DNA of 64,000 bases from Verrucomicrobiota bacterium (GTDB taxonomy: Bacteria; Verrucomicrobiota; Verrucomicrobiia; JAWXBN01): positions 20,031 through 84,030 of the forward strand of contig JAWXBN010000053.1 of the NCBI GenBank assembly GCA_034440155.1, written 5' to 3'. The position numbers and the translations under genes are program-made. Below, one piece after another: positions 1 through 9,950 of this stretch (position 1 is its first letter; every line of letters begins with the position of its first letter). The notes below the pieces were generated by a model, which did not search any database, was not told the DNA's origin, and was given only the letters and a program-made list of their open reading frames with translations.

Positions 1-1098
1 CAAGAGAATCTCCAAGCGGTCGCTGATTGTCCGTGCCATATTGCACAACGAATAGTTTTTTTCTGCTAATAATCTCGCTGACAAGGCGATTTTATTTTTT
101 TCGTCCAATGATATCTGCTCGAAAGACATAAATCGGTGAACCATTTCTTTTACATTACTCGACTCAAAAACAAAACCTGAGTGGTGGGCTAAAATATCTT
201 TGGCCAATCCTACCTTGTCAGAGAGGATGATGGGGACTCCTGAAGAAAGGGCCTGCAAAACAGAAGTCGGACACGCATCAAAATCAATGCTGGGCTGCAC
301 CATAATATCCGCAGAGGCAAAGTGCTCTCTGAGTTGTATTGTATCTAATGCACCCCGAAAACTGATCCTGTGTTGAATATTATTTTTTTTGGCAAAATCA
401 AATAGCTTTTCTTTTTCGGGACCTTCACCTGCAATTGTCCATTTCCACCCGGGTAATTGCAATAATGCTTCCGCCATGGAGTGTAAACCTTTCCAACCCA
501 CTAAACGCCCTACACTCACTACATGTTTATCGAATACTTTGTCTTTACGAAGGGAAAAGAAATTTGTATCAACTCCGTTTGTCAAAACATCCGGACGATT
601 CCCATAGCGATTAACTACTAATGCCGCATTATCATCACTGCAAGCATACTCCCAATCTATTGATTTCTTCCAGAAATTATCCGTCGGAAAGAAATCCTTT
701 CCCTGATAATTCATGACTACACACAAATGAGGATTTCCCATTTTCCAAAATCTTGCACTAATAAAATCATATGGTTTGAATACAAACATGATATCACAAT
801 GTTCTTGTTTGATTGAATGCCTACTCTGATAGGCGAAATGCAACCTTTGAACCAACTTCCTGAATCTTGTCCCCAACTTCGGAATATCTTTTGTTTCCCA
901 ATAAGGCGCTAAGCGAAGGCGCATCATCACTTTTCGGTGGACTTTTCCTTCCTTGGGTTCCCCCCCAAAAAGAGTCACATCGTGCCCTAATGCTAATAGG
1001 GCCTCGCCCAAGTCCATGGCATATACCTCAATCCCACCTACCTCAGGTGTGCCTGGAAAATCAAATGTCGCATTAGGTAGAAATATTCCAATTTTCAC
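1..1098 (-). CDS. glycosyltransferase family 4-like (partial; 3' end lies beyond window start)
   Basis: Hand translation of minus strand from GTG at 1096-1098: VKIGIFLPNATFDFPGTPEVGGIEVYAMDLGEALLALGHDVTLFGG...RPDVLTNGVDTNFF...LVGWKGL...GEGPEKEKL...SGFVFESSNVKEMV. Typical GT4 N-terminal glycine loop and C-terminal acidic motif. Absent from ORF track because no stop codon lies inside the window. Confidence 0.65.
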   Translation of the reverse strand, partial: MKIGIFLPNATFDFPGTPEVGGIEVYAMDLGEALLALGHDVTLFGGEPKEGKVHRKVMMRLRLAPYWETKDIPKLGTRFRKLVQRLHFAYQSRHSIKQEHCDIMFVFKPYDFISARFWKMGNPHLCVVMNYQGKDFFPTDNFWKKSIDWEYACSDDNAALVVNRYGNRPDVLTNGVDTNFFSLRKDKVFDKHVVSVGRLVGWKGLHSMAEALLQLPGWKWTIAGEGPEKEKLFDFAKKNNIQHRISFRGALDTIQLREHFASADIMVQPSIDFDACPTSVLQALSSGVPIILSDKVGLAKDILAHHSGFVFESSNVKEMVHRFMSFEQISLDEKNKIALSARLLAEKNYSLCNMARTISDRLEILL

Positions 1099-1121
1099 CC
1101 CGTTATAAATGACGAATTATA

Positions 1122-2153
1122 TTAAGAATGGGAAGTCGAAATCTTTTTAAATAAAAACAACCGTTTCAAACGTAAAATTTGCTCCGGTGTCAAATTCATT
1201 AAATAACTGATTAAAAACATACATCCTAATGCTGAAATATAGACCATATACCCGGCAAACATATGAAAAAATGATATCTCATTACCTATTCCTACGGCAA
1301 ACTCTGTCCCAAAAAAATAGGAACCGATTGTTAGCATCATGATACGCATTGTATTTCCTAGGATTGCCAATGGAAAAACACATGCAAATAATAACCATTT
1401 CTTCAGTTGTGTTGGTTGTGTCAGGTTAGAAAATAGAGCTGTAATCATCGCCAAGGCAAAGAGTGATCTCAACCCACTGCATGGATTATCCACATCTAAT
1501 CCGAATAATTTCCCTGCAGGGATACCTAATACAGGGTCTGGCGCTGACAGGATAGCTGTTCCTACTTTTACTACATGAATCCCAATTAAATTCAGTAGTG
1601 GTATCACGATATTGACCATTAAATGTCTTAATGGAACAGTAATTGTGTCCCCACCGATTAAAGACCACGGAACCATGAAAAGAAGAAATCCAACAGGGAA
1701 AAGTAATTTTAAAAAAAGAGTATTCCCACCGATAAACCCGATAACTCCAAGTATCCAAATGATCAGGGCCACTGGGCCAAACAATGAGACACCACCCCCA
1801 TTACCCAATATATAAAAAAAGCTCCCCAAAAGAATTAATCCAACATAGTGGAATCCCCGTTTGAGATACAGTGGATATAAGTCATCTTTCTTCCACCAAA
1901 TTAATCCCAAAGATATAAGGGGGACAATCATTCCATGTTCGGAATCAGGATCCGTCCCCCAAGCATGCCATAACCAGCCAGTGACAGAAACGGTTTGTCC
2001 ATTAGAAAGGATATAATAATTTTTAATCAAAAACAGATAGAGGACAACAGAACATAGTATAATAAGGAGTAATAAATCTAGCTTGCCAATACTTCTATAA
2101 AGAATTGACTCTTTAAAGCCCGTCTTTTTAATTTCTTCAAGCGTATTTTTCAT
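1122..2153 (-). CDS. exosortase (Xrt/EpsH family) polytopic membrane protein
   Basis: 343 aa, about 8 predicted TM segments. Exosortase hallmark DPDSEHGMIVPLISLGLIWWKK near TM2 and N..R motif (LGNTMRIMMLTIG). Start overlaps the stop of the upstream Wzc-like gene by 1 nt. Sits in an EPS export cluster. Confidence 0.7.
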   Translation of the reverse strand: MKNTLEEIKKTGFKESILYRSIGKLDLLLLIILCSVVLYLFLIKNYYILSNGQTVSVTGWLWHAWGTDPDSEHGMIVPLISLGLIWWKKDDLYPLYLKRGFHYVGLILLGSFFYILGNGGGVSLFGPVALIIWILGVIGFIGGNTLFLKLLFPVGFLLFMVPWSLIGGDTITVPLRHLMVNIVIPLLNLIGIHVVKVGTAILSAPDPVLGIPAGKLFGLDVDNPCSGLRSLFALAMITALFSNLTQPTQLKKWLLFACVFPLAILGNTMRIMMLTIGSYFFGTEFAVGIGNEISFFHMFAGYMVYISALGCMFLISYLMNLTPEQILRLKRLFLFKKISTSHS

Positions 2154-4360
2154 TACTTTTCTGAGCCAATATAGGATGTATAATACTTTTGCGTATAATA
2201 ATAATCTTGTGCCTCCAGTTTATTTACCTGATTGAGGACGACGCCTAAAACCGGAGCTGAAACTGATGTTAATCGCTGAACACAGCTCATAGCCATTCCT
2301 CTCTTGATTGTCGCACACTTGAGAACATATATAATTCCCTGTACCCAAGGCACCAAAGAAAGTGCATCACTAACTGCCGTAAGAGGAGTAGAATCAATAA
2401 TTACACGGTCATAATAATTCATTAAATCGACAATAAACTCACCCATTTTTGGTGACCCTAAAAGTTCTGCAGGATCCACACGGTTAGTACCTGCCGTCAT
2501 GAGATGAAGATTTGGTTGCGGAGTATCTACAATTGCATCCTTCCACTCACATTCCCCATTTAAATAGTTACCTAATCCTATATTATTAGGTATTTTAAAT
2601 CCAGCATGTAAACTCGGACGCCTGAGATCCCCGTCTATTACTAATGTCGCCATATTATTCTGGGCAAATGCAATCGCTAAATTCGAGCTAATAAATGATT
2701 TCCCTTCAGAGGGAATAGTACTTGTCGTCATAATACAACGAAGATTGTCAAAATCAGAGCGTAAACGCAAAGATGCTCTTAATCCCCTAATGGCTTCAGA
2801 TGCAATCGAATTCTTATCCTCAATAGCAATCATATCCATCGAATATTTACGACTCCTTTTAACCTTGGGAATAACACCCAACAGGGGCAGTTGGAGATAT
2901 GTCTCAATATCAAATTGACCCTTGATTTTATCGTCGAGAAAATGAAGACCAAAAGCCAAACCTAACCCCAATAATGCCCCCCCAAGCATTCCCATAATAA
3001 TTACTTTCACCGTTTCGGGCTTAATTGGCTTATTAGGCTTACCTGCCCAGTCATGGATTGTAACATTACTCGGATTTAAGCCTCCTGTGAGTTCGGTTTC
3101 TTTTAATCTCTGAGTCAATGAATCGAGAAGTGTACGATTAATATTCGATTCTCTTTGGAGGGTACTATATTGCACTTTTAATCGATCTAAATTTCTTTGA
3201 TCCTCTTCGAATTTTTTGTACTCATCAGTCAGTACCTTTACATTTATTTCTGATTGATCGAGTCGAATTTTGGCTGTATTTAATGCCTCTTTCATGGCTC
3301 GGTTTAAACCATCTTTTTTTTGCTTTAATTGGAATTCCGCATCAATCATTCTTGGATGTTTTTCTTTGTATCTTCTGGATAAACTTAAAATGTAAAGCTC
3401 CAGATCATTAATCTCTTTTTCGGCCCGAACTACTTCAGGATAATTTGAAATAAAAGGTGATTCTAATAATTTTTGTGAATCGTCCTGAATAGGGGCGAGT
3501 TGTTCCCAAACATTCTGTGATGATAATCTTTCAGATTTTGCAGAATTCAAACGAGTATTCGCATTTTTAAGATTATCTAAAACAATATTTTGTCTCTCAT
3601 CCAACGCATCTGCATCAAATTTCTCCCGGTATTCTAATAACTTCTTTTCAGATGCCTCAGCTTTTGTTTTCAAATCATCAACTTGATCCTTTAACCATTT
3701 TGCAGCAGCAAAACTGACAGAAAGGACACTTTCCGAGCTGTATCGTTGATACTCCTTAGCGACAGTATTCGCAATCTCCATAGCGATTTGTGGATTTGGG
3801 TGATCCACCATGATATTGATTAAATTTGTTTCTCTCTCAGGCGCCACTCTGAGACAACTTAATACTAAATCAACTCGGCTAATTGGCTTATTTTGATATT
3901 TTTTCGGCACAATCCCTACTGGAAAATCCTTATCTGCATCCAGATTTAAAACCCTGACTACCCTTTGAATAAGTTCCCTGCTACCGATAACTCTCACCTG
4001 CGTATTGATGTATTGCGGTGTGAGAGACGAAGAAACCACTTGTTTAATATCAACTACTTGATACTGCCCCGGTTCAATCCGGATAACAGATGTTGCACGA
4101 TATATTTTTATTTCGCGTCTTACATACTCTGCACATGAAATACTGACCACTAAAAAAACAAACAAGATAAGCCATTTGCGCCGCCAGAATATCCCGAAAT
4201 ATTCTTTGATTGTTTGTGTACTTGACTCATTAGCCTTATTATAACCGTAAGCCCCTGTATATCCGTATCCATAACCTCCATAACCTGAGTTCGTATGATA
4301 AGCCGGATTTGTCTCACGACTGGAAGTATTCTTTTTTGGATCATTGGGTATATCAGGCAT
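2153..4360 (-). CDS. polysaccharide chain-length determinant / BY-family tyrosine autokinase (Wzc/EpsFG-like)
   Basis: 735 aa. N-terminal TM plus long coiled-coil Wzz-like periplasmic region, second TM, then C-terminal P-loop kinase with Walker A (TIPSEGKSFISSNLA) and a C-terminal tyrosine cluster (QDYYYTQKYYTSY). An unusual additional N-terminal G/Y repeat is present (GYGGYGYGYTGAYGY). Confidence 0.8.
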   Translation of the reverse strand: MPDIPNDPKKNTSSRETNPAYHTNSGYGGYGYGYTGAYGYNKANESSTQTIKEYFGIFWRRKWLILFVFLVVSISCAEYVRREIKIYRATSVIRIEPGQYQVVDIKQVVSSSLTPQYINTQVRVIGSRELIQRVVRVLNLDADKDFPVGIVPKKYQNKPISRVDLVLSCLRVAPERETNLINIMVDHPNPQIAMEIANTVAKEYQRYSSESVLSVSFAAAKWLKDQVDDLKTKAEASEKKLLEYREKFDADALDERQNIVLDNLKNANTRLNSAKSERLSSQNVWEQLAPIQDDSQKLLESPFISNYPEVVRAEKEINDLELYILSLSRRYKEKHPRMIDAEFQLKQKKDGLNRAMKEALNTAKIRLDQSEINVKVLTDEYKKFEEDQRNLDRLKVQYSTLQRESNINRTLLDSLTQRLKETELTGGLNPSNVTIHDWAGKPNKPIKPETVKVIIMGMLGGALLGLGLAFGLHFLDDKIKGQFDIETYLQLPLLGVIPKVKRSRKYSMDMIAIEDKNSIASEAIRGLRASLRLRSDFDNLRCIMTTSTIPSEGKSFISSNLAIAFAQNNMATLVIDGDLRRPSLHAGFKIPNNIGLGNYLNGECEWKDAIVDTPQPNLHLMTAGTNRVDPAELLGSPKMGEFIVDLMNYYDRVIIDSTPLTAVSDALSLVPWVQGIIYVLKCATIKRGMAMSCVQRLTSVSAPVLGVVLNQVNKLEAQDYYYTQKYYTSYIGSEK

Positions 4361-4401
4361 GAGACAGGAAAGGTTTAGTTAATAGAAATAAACCCTAATA
4401 A

Positions 4402-5151
4402 TTAAAAAAAGTTCTCGGGAACTTCTATTATATCACCGGGTAATATTTCAGGATCAGTGCTTTCACCCTTTTGGATTTTTATTAAATTATATTCAGTCAT
4501 TTTACCACTTCTGGTAATCCGAATCCTTTTGATATTTGCTACTTTAGTAGGACCACCTCTGCTATATATCGCTTTGAGTAATGTAATTTTGCCGTCAGTT
4601 GGAATTTGATTCACCCCTACTCCACCAATTTGGCCTCTCATGATATATTCATTTTGTGAGGTTCCCTCTAAAGCCACTACCACTTGTGGGTTAACGAGAT
4701 AATCCTTCTTTAGCTGCGAAGTTATTGATTCCCTCGATCTCTGTAATGTTAATCCTAATACTCTTACCTCATTTAGTAAGGGTAATAGAATCATGCCTTC
4801 GGAAGTTACGCGAATACCTCGGACACTCAACTCAGGTTCATTAATCACCGTCACCGAAATAATATCTCCACCGCGAATGACATAATTGTCATTAACAGCT
4901 ATTCCAGATTGCACTATACTCTGCTCACCACCTGAATTTGCTGAAATAATATCCGTTGTTTCAGATGCATTAATGAGTGGGTTACCGGAATTATTTTGTT
5001 GTTGTTGTTTTGGAGGGGGAGGAGCATTACCAGCTGAATTTATACCGGGAGGAGCTTGACTAAAATTCCCTTGCTGAGCAAATAACAGATAATTGGAATT
5101 TAAGGTACAAGCTAAGATGTATACTACAGATAAAAATATTTTTTTGTGCAT
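4402..5151 (-). CDS. polysaccharide export protein (Wza/EpsE family, Poly_export + SLBB)
   Basis: 249 aa with signal peptide, Q/N-rich linker, then GGDIISVTV...PGDIIEVPE motifs typical of Wza-type exporters. Confidence 0.75.
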   Translation of the reverse strand: MHKKIFLSVVYILACTLNSNYLLFAQQGNFSQAPPGINSAGNAPPPPKQQQQNNSGNPLINASETTDIISANSGGEQSIVQSGIAVNDNYVIRGGDIISVTVINEPELSVRGIRVTSEGMILLPLLNEVRVLGLTLQRSRESITSQLKKDYLVNPQVVVALEGTSQNEYIMRGQIGGVGVNQIPTDGKITLLKAIYSRGGPTKVANIKRIRITRSGKMTEYNLIKIQKGESTDPEILPGDIIEVPENFF

Positions 5152-5182
5152 TATAATGGAATGCCATCAATAGTTACTGGTA

Positions 5183-6547
5183 TTAGAATGATGCTCCAAT
5201 ACCAATGGTAACCTGATTTTGTGTAAAACTGAAATTTGAAACATTAGATTCATTGACATTGTACTGATAACCACCATAAATCCTCAACCACTCTTGAAGG
5301 AGATATGTTAAATTTACTCCTGCCGTGTAGTTATTGTCATTACGTGCTACATTTCCTATACCCACATAATTTACAGGATTTTGAAAATCAACATTATTCC
5401 AGTTAAAGAATGCACTCGCCGTTAACTTTTGTGTGATTTTTTGGGAGAGTGTTAAATTTGTGCCTGTATTATAATACATATTATTAACTTCAGTAATTGA
5501 TTGGTTAATTGATCTGTAAACATTTAAACTAGCTGTTGTTTTTGTTGTAATCGCATAAGAAAAATTTGCACCACATGTAAATGAAAACGACTGACTCCCC
5601 CCCCCAATTGAATCCTTTGAATCGCCTATAAAAGCTGTTCCACTAGCTGTGCTCGTCAATTTTCCTGTATTAGCAGATATACCTGCGCCGATGGTGCCAC
5701 CTCGACTATCATTACTAGGAGCAACACGACTTAAAGTACCACCTTGTTGTCCGGTTGTTACGTTAGCCGTCTCGAAAGTTTGATTCCCTTGGAATACATT
5801 ATTAATTGCATTTACAGCATAACCAACATTAAAAAATCCTGAATAAGTGGTATTAAAGACCCTATTTATTCCTACACCCACATTGTATCCATTGATATCT
5901 TGGCCTTGGCTAACAGTATTATTAGACCAGTTTCCAAAAAGGTTGAATGTTGTTAATTCGTCGAACGAATATCCAAGACTCGCTCCAATAACATTCTGGG
6001 CATTATCCACCAAACCGAAACTAGTAAAGTTATTGAACTGATGATTGAAATATGTGCTTAATGTAAATTTTTCTGAAAGTCTCCAAATACTTGTAATTCC
6101 TGAATTAAGATTCCCACTGGGTATATACTCACCAACTAATGTATTTGCACCCGTTGAAAAATTATAATTCAGAAATGATGAAATAGTAAAACGGTTAAAA
6201 ACCGATGCTTGTGTAAATGTCAGGTTATTTCCCCAGTTATCCTGGCTTTGTTGATCTACAAAATTTACTATTGAAGCCGTATAATCCATACTGAGTTTTA
6301 AGGCCTCAGTTTGTCCTACGCTGATTTGAACCCCTGGCTGTGTATTAAAACTCCAAGCACTCACACGATTTGTATTAGAAATGAAAATATTATCATTGTA
6401 GTTGGCCGTCTGGTCTATGTGGGGCCTAATACTTAATACGCCTACCTGTAATGGTTTTGCTTGTATAACTACTGAAGAGCAAATAAAACAAGTAATTATT
6501 CCTAAAATAGAAATATATAACTTAGACAGTAATTTGGTCGGTTTCAT
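5183..6547 (-). CDS. outer-membrane beta-barrel protein (EpsL-like, PEP-CTERM/EPS-associated)
   Basis: N/S/T/G-rich alternating pattern and C-terminal aromatic residue (...GIGASF) typical of OM beta-barrels. Likely start is MKPTKLL... (signal peptide) at 6547 rather than the TTG at 6583. Confidence 0.55.
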   Translation of the reverse strand: MKPTKLLSKLYISILGIITCFICSSVVIQAKPLQVGVLSIRPHIDQTANYNDNIFISNTNRVSAWSFNTQPGVQISVGQTEALKLSMDYTASIVNFVDQQSQDNWGNNLTFTQASVFNRFTISSFLNYNFSTGANTLVGEYIPSGNLNSGITSIWRLSEKFTLSTYFNHQFNNFTSFGLVDNAQNVIGASLGYSFDELTTFNLFGNWSNNTVSQGQDINGYNVGVGINRVFNTTYSGFFNVGYAVNAINNVFQGNQTFETANVTTGQQGGTLSRVAPSNDSRGGTIGAGISANTGKLTSTASGTAFIGDSKDSIGGGSQSFSFTCGANFSYAITTKTTASLNVYRSINQSITEVNNMYYNTGTNLTLSQKITQKLTASAFFNWNNVDFQNPVNYVGIGNVARNDNNYTAGVNLTYLLQEWLRIYGGYQYNVNESNVSNFSFTQNQVTIGIGASF

Positions 6548-6717
6548 CGTTTTGTATAGTTTTTGTGTTTGTGACATTAGCAATCAAACCATATTTGAAA
6601 TTTGAGACATTAATATTTAAACCATATCTGAAATTTGAGTCAATAACAATATCAGCATAAATTTCCATCAGTTTTTACGTAAATTCATTACGATTAAATT
6701 AGCTGTTAAATAATCCA

Positions 6718-7413
6718 TCACCACTGTGTTGTATTAAATGTCACAGTCTCTCCCAAAATGAATTTTGTAGATGGGTCTCCTTCAGCTTTTATCTGGATTC
6801 TTTTCCCTCCAACCAGCAAGGAGAACTGGTTATATATAGCATAGTGGTCTACAAAAAAGGCAATTTCAATATCAGATTGTTTTTTTGCTGGCGCAAGGAG
6901 ACGTCCCACTTGTCTTTTATCCTCTGGTTTATCAGCTTCTTTAAAATACGTGTACCCCCTGCCATCAATTAATTCCACAGAATTAGGATTTATACGAAAG
7001 TCTTCGTCGCTTAAATTATCGACCGAAAAACTCGCGGTAACATTAAATCTGGCCCCATTCTTGGTTACATTTACTTTTTCTAAGGTTGCATGTATTCCAT
7101 TGTCCAAGTCAATTTTCTCCCCGTAGGCGGCGGTAGGTAATTTAAATGGTTCCGACGGGGAGGTTCTAGAGGGTTCTACCCCCGGCGCCGTCATAGGATA
7201 ATCATCGTACTGGTTAAATGATTTATAGTATTGGAAGGCCCGGTATCCAAATACCACGAGGCATGCGGCAATAAACAAGAAAGCCAAACTTTTCGCAAAT
7301 ATTTTAATACGATAGCGACGTCTCCACTTTCGATGAACTTTTTTTCGGGGATCCATGTAGTCGTAATCGCTCATAATTACCTTTAAATATGACTGAAATA
7401 GGCTTATAATCAA
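6718..7413 (-). CDS. hypothetical membrane-anchored protein
   Basis: 231-aa ORF with one N-terminal TM (LAFLFIAACLVVFGY) and a beta-rich C-terminal domain. No family recognised. True start may be the internal MSDYDYM. Confidence 0.4.
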   Translation of the reverse strand: MIISLFQSYLKVIMSDYDYMDPRKKVHRKWRRRYRIKIFAKSLAFLFIAACLVVFGYRAFQYYKSFNQYDDYPMTAPGVEPSRTSPSEPFKLPTAAYGEKIDLDNGIHATLEKVNVTKNGARFNVTASFSVDNLSDEDFRINPNSVELIDGRGYTYFKEADKPEDKRQVGRLLAPAKKQSDIEIAFFVDHYAIYNQFSLLVGGKRIQIKAEGDPSTKFILGETVTFNTTQW

Positions 7414-7419
7414 ACTTGT

Positions 7420-8445
7420 TTATATTGATAACTGAGAAAGAAATTGGCTATTATTTTCACTAAACCAGCGGATATCTTCAATTCCATAAAGCATCATTGC
7501 AATTCTTTCGACTCCCATTCCAAAGGCAAACCCCGTGTATATTTCAGGATCATAACCCACAGATTCAAATACGTGAGGATGAACCAATCCACATCCGGCA
7601 ATTTCCAACCATTCTTTACCCCTGATTTTTTTACCAGGAATACTGAAGTCAATTTCAAAGCTCGGCTCTGTAAAAGGAAAAAAATGGGGGCGGAAACGAA
7701 CCTTTGTGTTTTTCCCTAGTAATTCCCTAAAAAAATATTCCATTGTCCCTTTTAAATCCGCAAGACTGACATTTTCATCAACGTAAAGGCCTTCAATTTG
7801 GTGAAACATGAGCGCATGGGTGGCATCAGGGTTATCCCTGCGGAAACATGATCCGGGAGCAATAATCCTCACTGGAGGCTTGGTGTTCTGCATCGTCCTG
7901 ATTTGCACGGGAGATGTCTGTGTTCTTAATAAATGCCTTCCTAACTTTTCATCACTAATTTGACCATCAATATAGAAAGTATCTTGTTCATTTCGTGCAG
8001 GATGATCAGCCGGGGTATTTAATGCATCAAAATTATAGAATTCAGTCTCAATATCAGGCCCTTCTGCAAGACTAAAGCCTATCGCCCCAAAAATACGCGA
8101 AATCTCCTGAATTGTCCCGTTAATCGGATGGACTGTTCCTGAGGGTAGTCTTTGTACTGACAGAGAAACGTCGAACCCAGAATAGTCGACATGGGGACGT
8201 GTTAAAAACTCTTTTTTGCCTTCAAAGGCTTCTGTCACCGCAGTTTTTACTTCATTTGCCAATTTGCCCACTAAAGGTTTATCCTCCTTAGAAACATCCT
8301 TTAATCCTTCAAGCAAACGGGGCAAAGATCCACTCCTGCTCAGATATTTTATTCTGACCTCTTCCAATGATGCTTGGTCATTCACATTATTCAAAGCTGT
8401 GATTATTTCGCTGCGTAATTGATTCAAATCTTCAACCATACTCAT
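7420..8445 (-). CDS. pheS: phenylalanine--tRNA ligase alpha subunit
   Basis: 341 aa. Class II aaRS motifs including FRRDNPDATHALMFHQIEGLYVDENVS and GFAFGMGVERIAMMLYGI. Confidence 0.9.
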   Translation of the reverse strand: MSMVEDLNQLRSEIITALNNVNDQASLEEVRIKYLSRSGSLPRLLEGLKDVSKEDKPLVGKLANEVKTAVTEAFEGKKEFLTRPHVDYSGFDVSLSVQRLPSGTVHPINGTIQEISRIFGAIGFSLAEGPDIETEFYNFDALNTPADHPARNEQDTFYIDGQISDEKLGRHLLRTQTSPVQIRTMQNTKPPVRIIAPGSCFRRDNPDATHALMFHQIEGLYVDENVSLADLKGTMEYFFRELLGKNTKVRFRPHFFPFTEPSFEIDFSIPGKKIRGKEWLEIAGCGLVHPHVFESVGYDPEIYTGFAFGMGVERIAMMLYGIEDIRWFSENNSQFLSQLSI

Positions 8446-8507
8446 TCATAAAACAATTTACCGACAAAAAGGTCACGCCTTTTCTGATGGGAGTTTACCT
8501 GATATTA

Positions 8508-8543
8508 TAAAAAAACAAAAAAAGGCCCGTATAAACGGGCCTT
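8508..8543 (-). terminator. rho-independent terminator downstream of rplT
   Basis: Minus-strand reading gives AGGCCCGT-TTAT-ACGGGCCT followed by TTTTTTTGTTTTTTT. 8-bp GC stem, 4-nt loop, long U-tract. Confidence 0.75.
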
Positions 8544-8567
8544 TAATAAAATATTTCTTTGAGACAA

Positions 8568-8939
8568 TTATGCTTTTGCCGTTTTTGCCGGCACGGATTT
8601 AGCCTGTTCAATAATTGTAGCGAAAGCCTTAGGGTCATTCACAGCCAAATCAGCCAAAACCTTGCGATCGAGTTCAATCTTCAGTACTTTTAATGCTTCA
8701 ATAAAACGGCTGTAGGTGATCCCTGCGGCACGGGTAGCCGCATTGATACGGACGACCCATAAATTACGAAAATCCCGTTTTTTTACTTTACGATCACGAT
8801 AAGACCATGACTGGCCTTTCATGATGGCGTCTTTAGCATAACGGAAAAGTTTACTGCGACGTCCGCGGAAACCTTTGGCTTTTTCTATCACACGTTTACG
8901 ACGGGCCCGGCTGGCGGGTGCGTTAGTGGCTCTTGACAT
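8568..8939 (-). CDS. rplT: 50S ribosomal protein L20
   Basis: 123 aa, highly basic, conserved L20 sequence (RRKRVIEKAKGFRGRRSKLFRYAKDAIMKG...). Confidence 0.95.
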   Translation of the reverse strand: MSRATNAPASRARRKRVIEKAKGFRGRRSKLFRYAKDAIMKGQSWSYRDRKVKKRDFRNLWVVRINAATRAAGITYSRFIEALKVLKIELDRKVLADLAVNDPKAFATIIEQAKSVPAKTAKA

Positions 8940-8993
8940 ACTTTATATCCTCTTTTTTTATATCTCTTAAAATTTAAATATCAGAATTTATCT

Positions 8994-9203
8994 TTAAGCG
9001 AAAGGTAAATTTGATTTGATGCGGTAAACATCAGTTTTGTGCACTAGTGCTGCTTTGGACAAGCGGCTTTTCCTTTTTGCATTTTTACCTGCAAGAAGGT
9101 GGCGTTTGCCGCTTTTACGGCGTAATACTTTTCCGGTTCCTGTCACTTTAAAGCGTTTAGCAACAGATTTCTTTGTCTTTCGTCTGGCGATTGGACGGGG
9201 CAT
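8994..9203 (-). CDS. rpmI: 50S ribosomal protein L35
   Basis: 69 aa. KKRFKVTGTGKVLRRKSGKRHLL matches the L35 core. Confidence 0.9.
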   Translation of the reverse strand: MPRPIARRKTKKSVAKRFKVTGTGKVLRRKSGKRHLLAGKNAKRKSRLSKAALVHKTDVYRIKSNLPFA

Positions 9204-9235
9204 ACTTTTATTCCTTTTCTTACTTTTCCTTAACT

Positions 9236-9950
9236 TTATGTTTTAACCCTGTCAAATGGGCTATTCTTAAATTCTTTTTCAGTTCCAGTCTGGGGTTTAT
9301 CCAGTTTACGAACTAAGACTTTTTCAATTATGCTTTTCACTAACTCCCCATCATTATGATGGATCTCGTGATGTTCTTTTTTTAATTTCTCACGTTGATT
9401 CGCAGGAAGCGGATTATAAAACATCAGAATATTACGTCCGATTGCCTTTGGCTCCGCCTCCAAATTTCCAAATTCTGTTAAATCAGTCTTGATTTGCTGC
9501 ATCAGCCCCATTCCGAGCTCCCGGTGGGACATCTCGCGGCGCCTCAATTCAACAATCAACTTCACCTTGTCACCATCTTCTAAAAATTCAATGGCATGGT
9601 TGATTTTTGTCGTATAATCATGCGAGGCGATATTGATGTGAAACTTAAGTTCTTTCACCTTAGAAGCAGTCTGATGCTTTTTAGCATCCTTAAGCTTCTT
9701 CTCCTCCTCATATTTATACTTACCAAAATCAACGATCTTACATACCGGAGGCACTGCATTTGGTGAAATCTCCACCAGATCCACCCCTCTTTGTTGTGCC
9801 AGCGTCAAGGCATCACGGGTATTCATAATACCCATCATATTTCCCTGATCATCAATGACGCGTACTTCCGGAACACGAATCCTACCATTCACACGTGTTG
9901 AAAACTGGTTACTGTTCCCACGGTAGAAACCCCGATTATAATTATCTTTT
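9236..9950 (-). CDS. infC: translation initiation factor IF-3 (with about 55-aa K/E/H-rich C-terminal extension)
   Basis: Aligns to IF3 (RVNGRIRVPEVRVID..., GVDLVEISPNAVPPVCKIVDFGKYKYE, KELKFHINIASHDYTTKI, ELRRREM). The ORF track calls a GTG start at 10009. An in-frame AUA at 9948-9950 is preceded by AAAGGAGA at 6-nt spacing, consistent with the atypical start codons known for infC. Confidence 0.8.

Noticed and set aside
4990-5040. CAA/CAG-rich run (polyQ/N) in the Wza-like gene
   Set aside because: Low-complexity linker within a coding region, not a DNA repeat element.
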